From IMG/VR virus record IMGVR_UViG_3300005590_000001, positions 1-64,000 of that record: a DNA stretch of 64,000 nucleotides; one strand, given 5' to 3'. Positions 1-10,642 of the stretch are shown piece by piece (position 1 is the stretch's first letter; each line of letters opens with the position of its first letter). The stretch is from a virus. Under the pieces are notes generated by a model that had not been told where the DNA came from, did not search any database, and worked only from the letters and a program-made list of their open reading frames with translations. Both the position numbers and the translations under genes were made by a program.

Positions 1-120
1 TTTTGATATTCTTTCAGAAGAAAAAGATCAGGTTTCCGAAACAGAAAGAAAAGATTTTGATTTTGATATTCTTTCAGAAGAAAAAGATCAGGTTTCCGAA
101 ACAGAAAGAAAAGATTTTGA
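1..120 (+). repeat. Exact 60-bp tandem duplication at the window start
   Basis: Positions 1-60 and 61-120 are identical; in frame as a 20-aa duplication of the partial ORF. Confidence 0.95.
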
Positions 121-247
121 AGCAATCGTTTATCTTCGAAATCGTGCTATCCAATTAGACAATAGCGAGTTAGTTGAAAATGTTAAAGAGATACATACAA
201 AGTTTTTTAATGCTCATTGCGATAATGCTTCTCACGACGTCTTATAG
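2..247 (+). CDS. 5'-truncated hypothetical protein
   Basis: Open frame from position 2 (FDILSEEKDQ...HDVL) to TAG at 245-247. Confidence 0.6.
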   Translation, partial: FDILSEEKDQVSETERKDFDFDILSEEKDQVSETERKDFEAIVYLRNRAIQLDNSELVENVKEIHTKFFNAHCDNASHDVL

Positions 248-650
248 TCGCACACAAGATGAATTAGAATCTAATCCAATTGTAGAATACGTTGAAGAAC
301 TGGCTGTTAAAGAAGATATAAGCAATATGGACTTGGAAATCTATTATAGAATTTATCGAGGAGCATATTACTGGGGTAATGATCTAGATTATCAAGACTG
401 TAAAGATTTTGGTGAAGTTTTTGATCGTATGCGATTAGTAAAAACTGCACTAGAACCAGTTGGGACTAGAGACTTTTCCAACGGACTGAATCAAAAGATT
501 AAAGATTTTATTGATGAAGTTGATTCTAATGGGAATCCAACTGGACAAGATAAACCTTTTGAACCTATTTACAAAAATGAATATACAGACTTAATGTTTT
601 ATATTAGTGAAGGGTTAAAGGAAGCTTTGAATAATGATAGATCCGAATGA
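174..650 (+). CDS. Hypothetical protein, probable signal peptide (true start may be ATG near 210)
   Basis: ORF with a hydrophobic N-terminus, coupled to the next gene. Confidence 0.6.
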   Translation: MKMLKRYIQSFLMLIAIMLLTTSYSRTQDELESNPIVEYVEELAVKEDISNMDLEIYYRIYRGAYYWGNDLDYQDCKDFGEVFDRMRLVKTALEPVGTRDFSNGLNQKIKDFIDEVDSNGNPTGQDKPFEPIYKNEYTDLMFYISEGLKEALNNDRSE

Positions 651-2586
651 TAGTGGTTGGATAGATCATAAAGAGGGTGTTGCAGAAATTGAGGCTTTGA
701 AACCTCAGATTATTTACGGCGGTACTCCAGATATGCGACAATCTGGTGCCGGAAAAGTGCAACTCTTATACTCTGTCTATGATTCTTTTCCTGTTATTCA
801 CCAAGGTTCTGCTCCCTCTTGTGTTGCTTGTGCAACTGCTGGCGCTCTTGATTGTCTTCGAAAAACTGAAATTGCAGATGGTGATCGAGAAGATTTTGTA
901 AATTTCTCAGTCGAAGAATTCATCTATTTTGTCAGTAGAGTTATTATCGGCAAAAATAGACTGCGTGGTAGTGGTGGATCTTTAGTTTCTTGGGCTGTTG
1001 CTGGCTTAGAACAAATAGGATTTATTGTTAAAGATAAGTATGGAAACTTAGATCTTACTTCTTATAGTGCAAAAAGAGCAGTTGATTGGGGTGACGGACG
1101 TAATATTCCGGGTTCAGAATTAGTACAAATTGCTGCTGGACAAAAAATACTTGATTTTGTGCGGATTAAGTCTTACGAAGAGGCTCGTGATGCAATCTAT
1201 AATAAATATCCAGTGATAGTTGGAAGTCAGTATGGATACTCACGACAAAGAGATGCTGAAGGATTTGCTCTACAAAATACTAGATGGGCGCATTGTTATT
1301 TACCAAACTCTTTTATTTGGGGGGATGAGTTTAAAAAAATACAAGATTTGTCTGTTGGTGACGGAATTTATTCTCATGATGGTGAACTTACAGAAGTAAC
1401 AGAAATTAAAAAACAAAAATATTGTGGAGATATTTACAATATTCGTGTTTCTAATGGATTTCATAAAGTTACTAGCGACCATCCATTTTTAGTAAAATAT
1501 CAGTATTTACGCAACAGAGAATGTATTCCTTATGATGGATCAGTTTTAGATAATGTAACTTCTAATGTTGTGACAAAATCTAAAACCAAATTAGCATGGA
1601 TCAAGGCAAAAGATTTGTGTCAAGATGATTATCTAATAATGCCAAAACCTAAATTACCATCGCAATCTTTCATACCAGATAATAAAGAATTAAAGATTAC
1701 TCCTAATAGTGATTTAGCTTGGTTTTTTGGTATGTATTTGGGTGATGGTTACTCTACTAAAAATCATAAAATTATTTTTACGCAAAATATTAATGAAACC
1801 AATAATATTAATCGGCTTTTAAGAGTAGCTAAAAAATATTTTAATCTTCTTGGAACTGTAAAAAATAGGAAAATAAAAGAAAATTGCAATGCAGTAAATA
1901 TTATTTTCTACAGCGCAAAACTTTCTAACTTTATGCATAAGTGGTTTAAAACTAAAAATCTAAAAGAAATACCCCAATGGTTATTATCAAAAGAATGGGA
2001 CTTAAGATCTTTATTAATGGGTTTTAATGATTCTGACGGATGTTATTTAGATAACAAATGGTATAGGTTTTGTATCACAAACAGCTCTTATAAGTTGATA
2101 CAGCAATTTAACTTTATTATCAATTATTTAGGTTTTAAGTGTTGGTATAGAGAAATTGCCGGCGGTATGACCATCTTTAATAATAAAAAATATCAAAGAA
2201 AAAGGCAATATGCTTTGAATGTAAATCTTAAAAAGTTTAATAATTCTGATTTTTGTTACAATAATATTAAAAAAATAGAAAAGGAATTTTATTCTGATGA
2301 AATCATCACTCTTGAGACGGCAAATCATACTTATGTGGTAAACGGATCTTTATCCCATAACTGTATGTGGTGGTCTGGAGTAGACGATTCTGGTCGTAGA
2401 CCGGGAATTTGTAATCAGAATAGCTGGGGACGATCTTATCATTACGGTCCTAAACGACATAATCAGCCAGATGGATCTTTTTGGATTGATGCAGATAATG
2501 CCGATAAAATGTGCAGAAATGGAGATGCATGGGCTATTTCAAACTTTAAAGGATTTCCACTTAGAGCTGACTGGAGAATAATATGA
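634..2586 (+). CDS. Papain-like (C1) cysteine peptidase interrupted by an intein
   Basis: QGSAPSCVACA (oxyanion Gln and catalytic Cys), WAH|CM catalytic His, QNSWG motif. Confidence 0.85.
   Translation: MIDPNDSGWIDHKEGVAEIEALKPQIIYGGTPDMRQSGAGKVQLLYSVYDSFPVIHQGSAPSCVACATAGALDCLRKTEIADGDREDFVNFSVEEFIYFVSRVIIGKNRLRGSGGSLVSWAVAGLEQIGFIVKDKYGNLDLTSYSAKRAVDWGDGRNIPGSELVQIAAGQKILDFVRIKSYEEARDAIYNKYPVIVGSQYGYSRQRDAEGFALQNTRWAHCYLPNSFIWGDEFKKIQDLSVGDGIYSHDGELTEVTEIKKQKYCGDIYNIRVSNGFHKVTSDHPFLVKYQYLRNRECIPYDGSVLDNVTSNVVTKSKTKLAWIKAKDLCQDDYLIMPKPKLPSQSFIPDNKELKITPNSDLAWFFGMYLGDGYSTKNHKIIFTQNINETNNINRLLRVAKKYFNLLGTVKNRKIKENCNAVNIIFYSAKLSNFMHKWFKTKNLKEIPQWLLSKEWDLRSLLMGFNDSDGCYLDNKWYRFCITNSSYKLIQQFNFIINYLGFKCWYREIAGGMTIFNNKKYQRKRQYALNVNLKKFNNSDFCYNNIKKIEKEFYSDEIITLETANHTYVVNGSLSHNCMWWSGVDDSGRRPGICNQNSWGRSYHYGPKRHNQPDGSFWIDADNADKMCRNGDAWAISNFKGFPLRADWRII
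1294..2361 (+). mobile_element. Cis intein with LAGLIDADG endonuclease in the C1 peptidase
   Basis: Starts CYLPNS, block B VTSDHPF, FFGMYLGDG and LMGFNDSDG motifs, ends SHN followed by +1 Cys. Confidence 0.92.
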
Positions 2587-3791
2587 ATAGGACTCAACTT
2601 ATTGTACTAATTTTAGGAGTACTTTTGCTGTTATGGCCTGAAGATTCTGTAAAAATTGAAAAACACTTTGACGAATTAGAAGCTAAAGCTATAAGTTCTC
2701 TTTTTGTTTATGTTCACACAGCAGATGAGGATGAAGAGGCTCCACCCGTTCCTAAACCAAACCCCGGAGAATTAGGAGGGGAACCTACATTTGTAGAAGA
2801 ACTTCCAGAAGTTGTGCGGGATGAACCACATAAAGTAGAACAAAATGTTCAACTTAATACATTGCCCGCTGATGTAAATGTCTATGTTTGGTCAGCAAAA
2901 TGGTGTCCGGCCTGTCAAACTTATGTTCCGCAAGTTGCTCGTTATTTCAATACGAAAGATGAAACTAGAGTTTATAAAGTAGATTATGATAAGTCTACGG
3001 CTGTAGCTGCTCAATATAACATTACAAAACTTCCAACTGTTCAAATAGTTAGTAGTGAATTAGATGAGAAGGGTCAGCCAGTAAAAGTATGGACTACTCT
3101 AAATAATCATCTATTGCCGAATAAAGAAACAATTGTTGCTTTGGCAAATCAATCTAGATATGCGGCTAATAATTTCTTAGAGAATAAGACAGTTGATGTT
3201 CCACGATATGTTTATAAAATGGAATGGGGCGGATGGATTGATCTGGACAATTATAGTAAAAATTGTAATTGTAATATGTGTCAAAACATTAGATATTTAC
3301 AAGAACGACGAAGTTTTCAAACTTATAATGATTCAGATTTACCCGATCATCAAGAACCTTCAACTGATAAGGTTATGATTTCTGGAATTCACGCCCTATA
3401 TTTGAATTCTGATGACATCTTGGGGTCTTTGGGATGTGGTGATGCTCGCGAATTGATTTTCGCCGTACAAGAATATGATTGTAAGGCAGTTGGAATCGAA
3501 ATTGATCCAATCAGATATCAAGAAGCTAAACGGCAAGTTGCTTTAGCTGGATTGTCTGACAAAATTACAATTTATCAGGGCGATGTTAGAGATTTTGATT
3601 TAAGTGCGTATGGCATAACCGCCGTATACGCATATCTCTACGAAAATTTACTGGAAGAATTATCAGAGGAAATCGGCAGTGTTAATAAGGCCGTTACTCC
3701 TTATCATAGAATTAAATCTTTACCGGCAACTCCAAAGGGTCAATTATGGCTTTATGGAAGCCTAGCAAAAAGAGAAGTGGTACAATTATAA
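2583..3791 (+). CDS. Membrane-anchored or secreted thioredoxin-like domain fused to a class I SAM methyltransferase-like domain
   Basis: N-terminal hydrophobic segment, WCPAC, LGCGDAR...GIEID motifs. Confidence 0.75.
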   Translation: MNRTQLIVLILGVLLLLWPEDSVKIEKHFDELEAKAISSLFVYVHTADEDEEAPPVPKPNPGELGGEPTFVEELPEVVRDEPHKVEQNVQLNTLPADVNVYVWSAKWCPACQTYVPQVARYFNTKDETRVYKVDYDKSTAVAAQYNITKLPTVQIVSSELDEKGQPVKVWTTLNNHLLPNKETIVALANQSRYAANNFLENKTVDVPRYVYKMEWGGWIDLDNYSKNCNCNMCQNIRYLQERRSFQTYNDSDLPDHQEPSTDKVMISGIHALYLNSDDILGSLGCGDARELIFAVQEYDCKAVGIEIDPIRYQEAKRQVALAGLSDKITIYQGDVRDFDLSAYGITAVYAYLYENLLEELSEEIGSVNKAVTPYHRIKSLPATPKGQLWLYGSLAKREVVQL

Positions 3792-4090
3792 TGATTAAAT
3801 TATTAGAAACTTTATTAAAAGACAAACGAGTTCAAATTAAAGATGGCACCTTTCTTGAATGTGCCGAACAGATAAATTTGAAACTTTATCACAAAAGTGG
3901 ATATTCCGTTGTTGAATTTGGTTCTCCGGGGGTATACCTAAAAATAGAAAATATAGGTCTTAAACTCCTTTCTGTAAATCGTCCAAGAGTAAATCGTTTG
4001 ATCTTAGGACCACAAACTGTGAAGTTGGTGTTAGATAAGTTTATGGATTTTGAGTTCAAAAGATCTGAACTAGAGGCGATGATGAAATGA
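3746..4090 (+). CDS. Hypothetical protein
   Basis: ORF translationally coupled within the + strand operon. Confidence 0.6.
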   Translation: MALWKPSKKRSGTIIMIKLLETLLKDKRVQIKDGTFLECAEQINLKLYHKSGYSVVEFGSPGVYLKIENIGLKLLSVNRPRVNRLILGPQTVKLVLDKFMDFEFKRSELEAMMK

Positions 4091-4446
4091 AAACTGGACT
4101 AGATTTTCAACAAGAGTATTTAGGTCTTGCGTTCGGCGATGCTCCGGGTGAAGAGAAATATAGTGGAGCACATGTTAAGCCGGGCCGCAGACGCTCTGTA
4201 AGGCGTTCTAGAGAGAAAAACGCTGTCAGGGTCGGACAAATTTCCGATAAGGCTATTAAGCGTCTAGGGCGCTCAGGATGGCAATTTGGTAGCGAAGAAG
4301 AAATGCACAAGTTCATTGCTTATGATATGTACAATAACCGTAGAGCTTACGGCATTGGATTCATTGAGGCGTTTCTGATTAAACACGTACTGCTTTGGAT
4401 AGTAACCAAGCTAGTAGAATACTTCTTTAGTGAGTACAAAGCTTAA
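4087..4446 (+). CDS. Hypothetical protein with a C-terminal hydrophobic segment
   Basis: ATGA overlap; last gene before the terminator. Confidence 0.6.
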   Translation: MKTGLDFQQEYLGLAFGDAPGEEKYSGAHVKPGRRRSVRRSREKNAVRVGQISDKAIKRLGRSGWQFGSEEEMHKFIAYDMYNNRRAYGIGFIEAFLIKHVLLWIVTKLVEYFFSEYKA

Positions 4447-4479
4447 TATCTATTCAAACGTGTAACTTAATATAACATC

Positions 4480-4516
4480 AAACCGCAAGAATCGTGAAGA
4501 TTTTTGCGGTTTTTTT
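4480..4516. terminator. Intrinsic terminator, likely bidirectional, between convergent operons
   Basis: AAACCGCAAGAATC-loop-GATTTTTGCGGTTT hairpin followed by a T run. Confidence 0.8.
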
Positions 4517-4526
4517 AGTTGGTTTC

Positions 4527-4976
4527 TCAATAATGAGAACCGAGCACCGACAAGACACCGGCGACGGCCTCTGGCGTAAGTTTTGTATGTTTGTATAAAG
4601 TCTTTTCTGAAATTTCTTCGCATGCAAATTTAATGATATAATCTAAATCTTTACTAGAAATTTTTCTCATTAATATATTATAATCAGAATAAAAAGAACT
4701 ATTTTTAATCATTCTTGTAAAATTAAAATTAGTTCTATGCTGAATACGAAATTTAATCTCTTTGTCACAAACACGTAACATATGATAATAAATTCTATAA
4801 TAAATAAATTTTAATTTATTGTTAGATTTTTTTGGATTAAATCTATCCCAAATCTTGTGACAAATAATAAACATTTCTGAGATAATTTCTTCTTTTTCAA
4901 AAGTATTTTTCATATATCTCGGTAAATGTAAATACATATCATCAGCAATATCTAAAAATTCCTTTTCAGAAATCAT
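4527..4976 (-). CDS. Sigma-70 region-2-like protein (possible phage sigma factor)
   Basis: EEIISEMFI...WDRFNPKK...KFIYYRI resembles sigma region 2.2-2.4. Confidence 0.45.
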   Translation of the reverse strand: MISEKEFLDIADDMYLHLPRYMKNTFEKEEIISEMFIICHKIWDRFNPKKSNNKLKFIYYRIYYHMLRVCDKEIKFRIQHRTNFNFTRMIKNSSFYSDYNILMRKISSKDLDYIIKFACEEISEKTLYKHTKLTPEAVAGVLSVLGSHY

Positions 4977-5593
4977 ACTTCCTGTCCATTTCTAATAATA
5001 ATTAAATCTTTAATCTTTTTCTTTAATTCTTGTAGTTCAAGATAGCTTTCTTCTACATTATCAAATATAGTTTCCGTATTGCCATTTGGGAAAATAGAAA
5101 TAACATGATCACGTTCTTCCGATTTACTATAATTTAATAATTCGCTGACCATATCACTCTGATTAATTTGTGATTCACCTAGAATAGAAATTTCTAAATT
5201 TCTTCTCACTTCACTTGGATCATAACCACGCGCAAATGCAAAGATTAACATATGTGGATCTTGTTGTCTCCAAACAGCCACACCCTTAGTAGAATCTAAT
5301 TTTGTAGCTAGAAGATTATCATCGTGAACATTAAACCCACAAAGGTTAGCAACCCAAATATTGTCGTATAAATTATATGGAGATAAAGGATCTTTTTTTA
5401 GAAAATTTCCAAATGGAGTAAAATCAAATTTATTTGATAAATCCAACATTTTTTCTTGAGTTGCGAATTCAGAATCAAAAAACCCCTTTTCATCTTCATC
5501 TAATAAATCATCAATATCATCAATTTCATTGTCTGGGATCAGATTGGTCTGAAAATGTTCCCATTTTATGTGTTTTTTCGGCATAAATCTCAC
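4973..5593 (-). CDS. Hypothetical protein
   Basis: 206-aa ORF in a coupled minus-strand array. Confidence 0.6.
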   Translation of the reverse strand: MRFMPKKHIKWEHFQTNLIPDNEIDDIDDLLDEDEKGFFDSEFATQEKMLDLSNKFDFTPFGNFLKKDPLSPYNLYDNIWVANLCGFNVHDDNLLATKLDSTKGVAVWRQQDPHMLIFAFARGYDPSEVRRNLEISILGESQINQSDMVSELLNYSKSEERDHVISIFPNGNTETIFDNVEESYLELQELKKKIKDLIIIRNGQEV

Positions 5594-5787
5594 TCGCTTT
5601 TCTAAATCTATTATTTCTACTCGGTTCTACGCTCATCATTTTGTGGATCTCGGTATTTAGCTCTTCAGCTCCATATACTCGTTCCATTAAAATCATGGGT
5701 ATAGAACCGTCAAATATTAATTTCGCAAATTCTACTTCAGTTTCTTTAGAATCGGCAGATATTTTTAACTTTTTATCAAGACCGTTA

Positions 5788-6144
5788 TCAAATATGATGT
5801 AATGATAACGCTTCTCTAATTTGCATTTGGTCTTGAGTAGAAAATTTATTAAAATCGTAATAAATTTTACTAAGAGTTTCTTCATTGAGAAAGTCCTTTG
5901 GGACAAAAGATGTGTAGTTTACGAAGATTGTATTATCTTCTTTTGTAGTTTGCATTTGTGTCAATGACAACCAGCCAATTGGAATGTCGTAACGATTTAA
6001 AATATCCTTAATGTTATCAATAAAAGGAGTTTTATCTTTTATTTGTATTACGGGTAATAAAGCATTTTTTTTGTTATCAGAAATAATTCCAATTTGGTTT
6101 TGATTAATTACCTTAAGTGTCAACTTAATAAAACATTCAATCAT
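5788..6144 (-). CDS. Hypothetical protein
   Basis: ORF, overlapping-stop coupling. Confidence 0.55.
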   Translation of the reverse strand: MIECFIKLTLKVINQNQIGIISDNKKNALLPVIQIKDKTPFIDNIKDILNRYDIPIGWLSLTQMQTTKEDNTIFVNYTSFVPKDFLNEETLSKIYYDFNKFSTQDQMQIREALSLHHI

Positions 6145-6377
6145 GGTGCAATGCCTCTATCCCAATGATATGTATTGGGGCCGTCTTCTCCATCGCAGAA
6201 TTTAGCAATAAATTCATTATAATCTTCACCAGTTAATAAAGTTTCTAAAATTTGATTTAGAAGCCATTGTTTATGGTGCGACCCATCAATTCCGCCGTAT
6301 TGAAAAATTAAATCTAAAATATTATCTATTTTTTCTTTTGAAGACACGATAATAAATCCTTTGCTGTATTTTCCCAC
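6141..6377 (-). CDS. Small phage hypothetical protein
   Basis: YGGIDGSHHKQW...WDRGIAP motif resembles small phage proteins. Confidence 0.6.
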   Translation of the reverse strand: MGKYSKGFIIVSSKEKIDNILDLIFQYGGIDGSHHKQWLLNQILETLLTGEDYNEFIAKFCDGEDGPNTYHWDRGIAP

Positions 6378-7375
6378 GTAAATCTTTTAACATCTTTTGC
6401 TGTCCCACTTATTACACCGTTTGACCATTTGTTATACATGGAACGCATTGCGTTAACTAAATCATCTAGGTTGTATGTAGCCCATTCTCCACAATTTTGA
6501 AATTTATTTCTGTTAAACCACATACCATCATTTGCTATTTGAGTTCCGGTAATTTGTATTTTGCAACAATTATCTGTAATAAATTCAGTATGACCAGAAT
6601 AATCAGTTGCAATCACTTCTTTATTACAAGCCATACTTTCTAAGAGGGGCATATTAAACCCTTCCGCAAGAGAAGGCGCAACATAACAATATGCTTGTTG
6701 CATTATTCTAGCAATTTGCTCATGTTCTGATACACGATCTAATATCACTAAGTTGGAACCTAATAAATCTTTATATTGTCTAGCTTTATTAGCATTGAAT
6801 TCTTTACCAATAAATTTATTTTCAAAAGACATCCATAGTGATACATCTTGTTTATTGCCAAATGCTTTATGAAAAGCTTCTACAATTTGATCTTGCTGTT
6901 TTCTTACTTCCCACTTTCCAATACTTAGAAAGATGCATTTTTGTGGAAAATAATCTACAGGTTTAAATATTTCAGGATCATATCCGGGCGGTACTACTTC
7001 AATATCTTTTTGATAACCAGATTTACGGCAAACTTCCGCAGCCCAGTTTGTTGGTAACACTAATTGATCTAAACAATTTAGACACGCCATTTCCCATTGT
7101 GTTAATCTATTCATTTCAAAAAATGTATAACCAACTTGAGGACCGCACGTTGCGGATTCATTCATCGCAAATTGATGCCAAATTTTTAAAGTTGGAAAAT
7201 CTAAGCTTTGAAGTTCCATTGTTTTCTGCATTTCAACAGATTGTAAAAAATCCGATGAATGCATTTTGCCGATAGGGAATACGGCAACGTCTGTTAAGTT
7301 CCTTAGTTGCGTAAGAATGTTATGAGAAACTATCCCATAACTAGTATCATTAAGTGGGCCATTAAAAAATATCAT
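6326..7375 (-). CDS. Glycosyltransferase, GT-B/GT4 family
   Basis: PSLAEGFNMPLLESMAC (EX7E motif), GKWEVRK. Confidence 0.9.
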   Translation of the reverse strand: MIFFNGPLNDTSYGIVSHNILTQLRNLTDVAVFPIGKMHSSDFLQSVEMQKTMELQSLDFPTLKIWHQFAMNESATCGPQVGYTFFEMNRLTQWEMACLNCLDQLVLPTNWAAEVCRKSGYQKDIEVVPPGYDPEIFKPVDYFPQKCIFLSIGKWEVRKQQDQIVEAFHKAFGNKQDVSLWMSFENKFIGKEFNANKARQYKDLLGSNLVILDRVSEHEQIARIMQQAYCYVAPSLAEGFNMPLLESMACNKEVIATDYSGHTEFITDNCCKIQITGTQIANDGMWFNRNKFQNCGEWATYNLDDLVNAMRSMYNKWSNGVISGTAKDVKRFTWENTAKDLLSCLQKKK

Positions 7376-7737
7376 CTATAAATACTTTAAGGTCTTTAGT
7401 AATAATTGCTGCGTCAGCATATTCAACTTTAATACGTTTGTTGTTTTTTATTGCTGTAAAATAATCATAATTATATGGAAAAAAATTAACTTCTATCAAA
7501 TTACGATTTTTTGTATATTGATTAACATCTTTGCCATAAAACATTCTCAAGGAAGAAATTAAAAATGCACAAGGAGTTTTCTTTTTGTTTTTGCGTAAAG
7601 TTTTTAACGCTCCTTGCCAAACACGAAATTCTACATCTGTTAAAAGTAAACCACCTCTACAATGGAAAATCTTACCCGATGATCCAATCTTTGAAGACCA
7701 AATTTTTCGGGTAAGGTTTTTATATGTCCACATTCTC

Positions 7738-8133
7738 TTAGAAATCATATTCTTCTAATGCCTCTGCCGTCTTTTTCTTAGAAATTCTAGACGAACGCGG
7801 TAATAATGCCTTAACTTCTTCAGCCTTCTGCTTTTCCTCATCAGAGGCTTCTCTCTTAAAAATCTTTTCTGCTTGTTCTTCACTCATTCCAAATTTTTTC
7901 TGTGCAATATGCACACGCAATGGATTTACAAATTGTGATCGAAAAACACCCTGTAACTTCAAACGCTTATCTTCTTCGTCATCCCAATATCCAGTTGCTT
8001 TTTGTACTGTTGCCATAGTGACTTCAGCATTATCCTTCTTTGCAATAGACATCAACTTGATGACCGCTCGTTCCTTTCCGATTTCCTCGATAAGCTCTGT
8101 AAATTTTTCAGTTAGCTCTTTTTCTGTAAACAT
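7738..8133 (-). CDS. Hypothetical protein
   Basis: 131-aa ORF. Confidence 0.6.
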   Translation of the reverse strand: MFTEKELTEKFTELIEEIGKERAVIKLMSIAKKDNAEVTMATVQKATGYWDDEEDKRLKLQGVFRSQFVNPLRVHIAQKKFGMSEEQAEKIFKREASDEEKQKAEEVKALLPRSSRISKKKTAEALEEYDF

Positions 8134-8843
8134 CGAACCACCTTTTCTTTAAATAAACCTTCGTCAAAATAACGAATAAATTTTGGTAGAACCGACATTG
8201 GATCTACGCGTTTTGCTTCTGGAGTTGTAATACTAATATTTTTGCCGTGCCAATGATATTTATTGACTGCTACATTACCAATATATCCAATTTTACCACC
8301 GGCTTTAGCAAGCTTAGTATAAAAGTAATAATCATCGGCATTAATAGCAAATATAGGATCTATATGATCCCACACACTTTTCATATAGAGTATTTGCCCA
8401 GTATCTATACCGGGCTGCATAATATTTTGGAGCATAGCAGCTGAACTAACTTGTTTTTCTACTCCATTTTTAACTTCTATTCTATCGCCGAACACCATAT
8501 CACATTGACTATTTAATAAGTTGGTGACACCGACAGTAAGTTTTGCTTGTATCATTTCGTGATCATCATCCATTGGGATGATAACGTCACCTTTGGCATA
8601 TGACAAAGCAATATTTCTTGGAATGCATACGGTGCCGGAATTAAATTCCGTTGGAATGAATCGTATAAAAAGACCTTTATCTCTAAAAGATTCAATTATT
8701 TTCCAATATTCATCTGCTAGATTCATACCATCTAACACTATAATAGTTTCAATTGGATATATATGACCAATATCTACAATAGATTGTAAAGCTCGTTGTA
8801 GCATTTCTGGTCTATTATGCGTTGGAATAATAATGCTAATCAT
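8112..8843 (-). CDS. Glycosyltransferase family 2
   Basis: ISIIIPTHNRP...LQSI, RNIAL, MDDD (DxD). Confidence 0.9.
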   Translation of the reverse strand: MISIIIPTHNRPEMLQRALQSIVDIGHIYPIETIIVLDGMNLADEYWKIIESFRDKGLFIRFIPTEFNSGTVCIPRNIALSYAKGDVIIPMDDDHEMIQAKLTVGVTNLLNSQCDMVFGDRIEVKNGVEKQVSSAAMLQNIMQPGIDTGQILYMKSVWDHIDPIFAINADDYYFYTKLAKAGGKIGYIGNVAVNKYHWHGKNISITTPEAKRVDPMSVLPKFIRYFDEGLFKEKVVRCLQKKS

Positions 8844-9110
8844 AAGCAGAATTTACTTTCTTGAAAAGTAATTATATTTTTTGATTTTTGTGAAGTTTTA
8901 GTTTTCTGTATAAAAAGAATTTGATCTGCTTTGTCTTTAAGACATTCATCACAAACATAAATTTCCAATCTATGTCCTTCAAATTCGCCTCCATCATATA
9001 CAGAACTACCATAATTACCAACAGACGAAAAATATATTCCATCCATTGGTGGATTTTTTATGTCTTCTTCATTATCTACTCTATGTAATATTTTGTTACA
9101 TATGATACAT

Positions 9111-9557
9111 TTACAAATCAATGACTTCCCTCCCATAAGTTAACCATGTAATTTCATCTGTTTCTGGATTAAATTCATACCATTTATCATTCCAAGGCCC
9201 ACGAAATGTTAAAGCCCACGACGTTTCAGATGGACAAATTCGATGGCAAGATTCTTTTGGAGTCTGTTTTGGTATCAATGATGGTTTATAAACTTGTGAA
9301 AAGTATGTTCTTTCATATTTCCCATTCATAGCTAGAAAACCAAATTTGACAATTTCTTCTACAACTTGACCCTTAAGCCACCACGTAATAGCATTAAATG
9401 CATGACTGTGATAATTTCGGCGTGTTGTATTTTGGCCGAATCTAAGTAATGCAATACTAAAAATTGCTTTCCACTCAATGAGAAAAAAGGCCGTTACTCC
9501 TGAATTTTCCCCACCATCTGGTCTTTTAACGAAAAATTTTGGGATCCATTTACTCAT
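9111..9557 (-). CDS. Cupin-like phage protein
   Basis: YHSHAFNAITWWLKG...CHRI...WALTFRGP. Confidence 0.5.
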   Translation of the reverse strand: MSKWIPKFFVKRPDGGENSGVTAFFLIEWKAIFSIALLRFGQNTTRRNYHSHAFNAITWWLKGQVVEEIVKFGFLAMNGKYERTYFSQVYKPSLIPKQTPKESCHRICPSETSWALTFRGPWNDKWYEFNPETDEITWLTYGREVIDL

Positions 9558-9804
9558 TGTATTCTACACCACTTTTTACCAGCAATCACTTTATTGATAT
9601 CAAAGTCTAACTCCGCATTTGGATCTATTTTTGTAAATAGTTTTTCTAATGCTTGAATCCGTTCTTCAGCATCTTGTTTTTTACTAAAAATTTGTATGTT
9701 ATCATAATCCATATAAATACCACTATTGGTATTGAGATCGTCCCACTCATCATTTAGTAATAAAATTTGGTTAGTCACATTATCATAAATACAATATTGA
9801 TAAT

Positions 9805-10440
9805 TCATATTTGATCCACCTTAATAAACTCAAAAGGATGTTTTCGGAACGTCTCTGCCATTTTAGGTAGACTTTCAGGTACGCCGTTATTACATACATT
9901 ATGACTGTGCGTGTGTGCTACTACAATTTCGTCGGGTAGGAATTCTGGATAAGGATCGGCCAAGTTCCAATTGTAGTAGACTATCTTAATTTTATCAGCA
10001 AACTGATCATTAAGTTCCTTGTAGTCGGTGTGTGAATATACGTGTGTGTATCCTCGGTCAATAAGAACTTCAAATGTGTCGCCGTTAATCCCCCAATGCG
10101 GACCACGAAATACTTTTACGAAATCCAGTTCCGCCTCTTCAAAGTATTGTTCTGCCGCCGATAATCTTAAATCCACTTCTGCCTTATCAATTTTCTTAAA
10201 CTCTTCTGGCGAATGATATAAGCCATGAACAGCTAATGTTACTTTCCCTTTGTAAATTAGGTCACGAATCACGCTTGTCCAACGTATAGCGCTTCGTTCA
10301 CTAATTCTATAACCATTTAAGGCAGCAGGAACGAAGAAATTCATGTGAAAGTCTGGAAATACTTGCCAAAATTTTTCTAAATGTGATAAGCAAGACAGAG
10401 TTGGGTGTTCATCGTCGCATTCAAATATTATTTTTTTCAT
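9805..10440 (-). CDS. Polysaccharide deacetylase-like protein (NodB/DUF2334)
   Basis: ECDD, AVHGLYH, FRGPHW motifs. Confidence 0.75.
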   Translation of the reverse strand: MKKIIFECDDEHPTLSCLSHLEKFWQVFPDFHMNFFVPAALNGYRISERSAIRWTSVIRDLIYKGKVTLAVHGLYHSPEEFKKIDKAEVDLRLSAAEQYFEEAELDFVKVFRGPHWGINGDTFEVLIDRGYTHVYSHTDYKELNDQFADKIKIVYYNWNLADPYPEFLPDEIVVAHTHSHNVCNNGVPESLPKMAETFRKHPFEFIKVDQI

Positions 10441-10642
10441 AAATGTTCTCGATCTACAAGTCTTACAAAAGCATGTTCTATTACATTCTGTTCTTTTTTA
10501 GTACAACAATGTTTCTTAAGTTGCTCTTTCCAATAGAAAGCTTCTAAATATTTTTTTTCATTTAGAATCTTATATTCTTCTTGTACACATTTTAAACACC
10601 ATCCATCTCCACTGTGTGGACAATTCATTAAGTGGGGCATGG

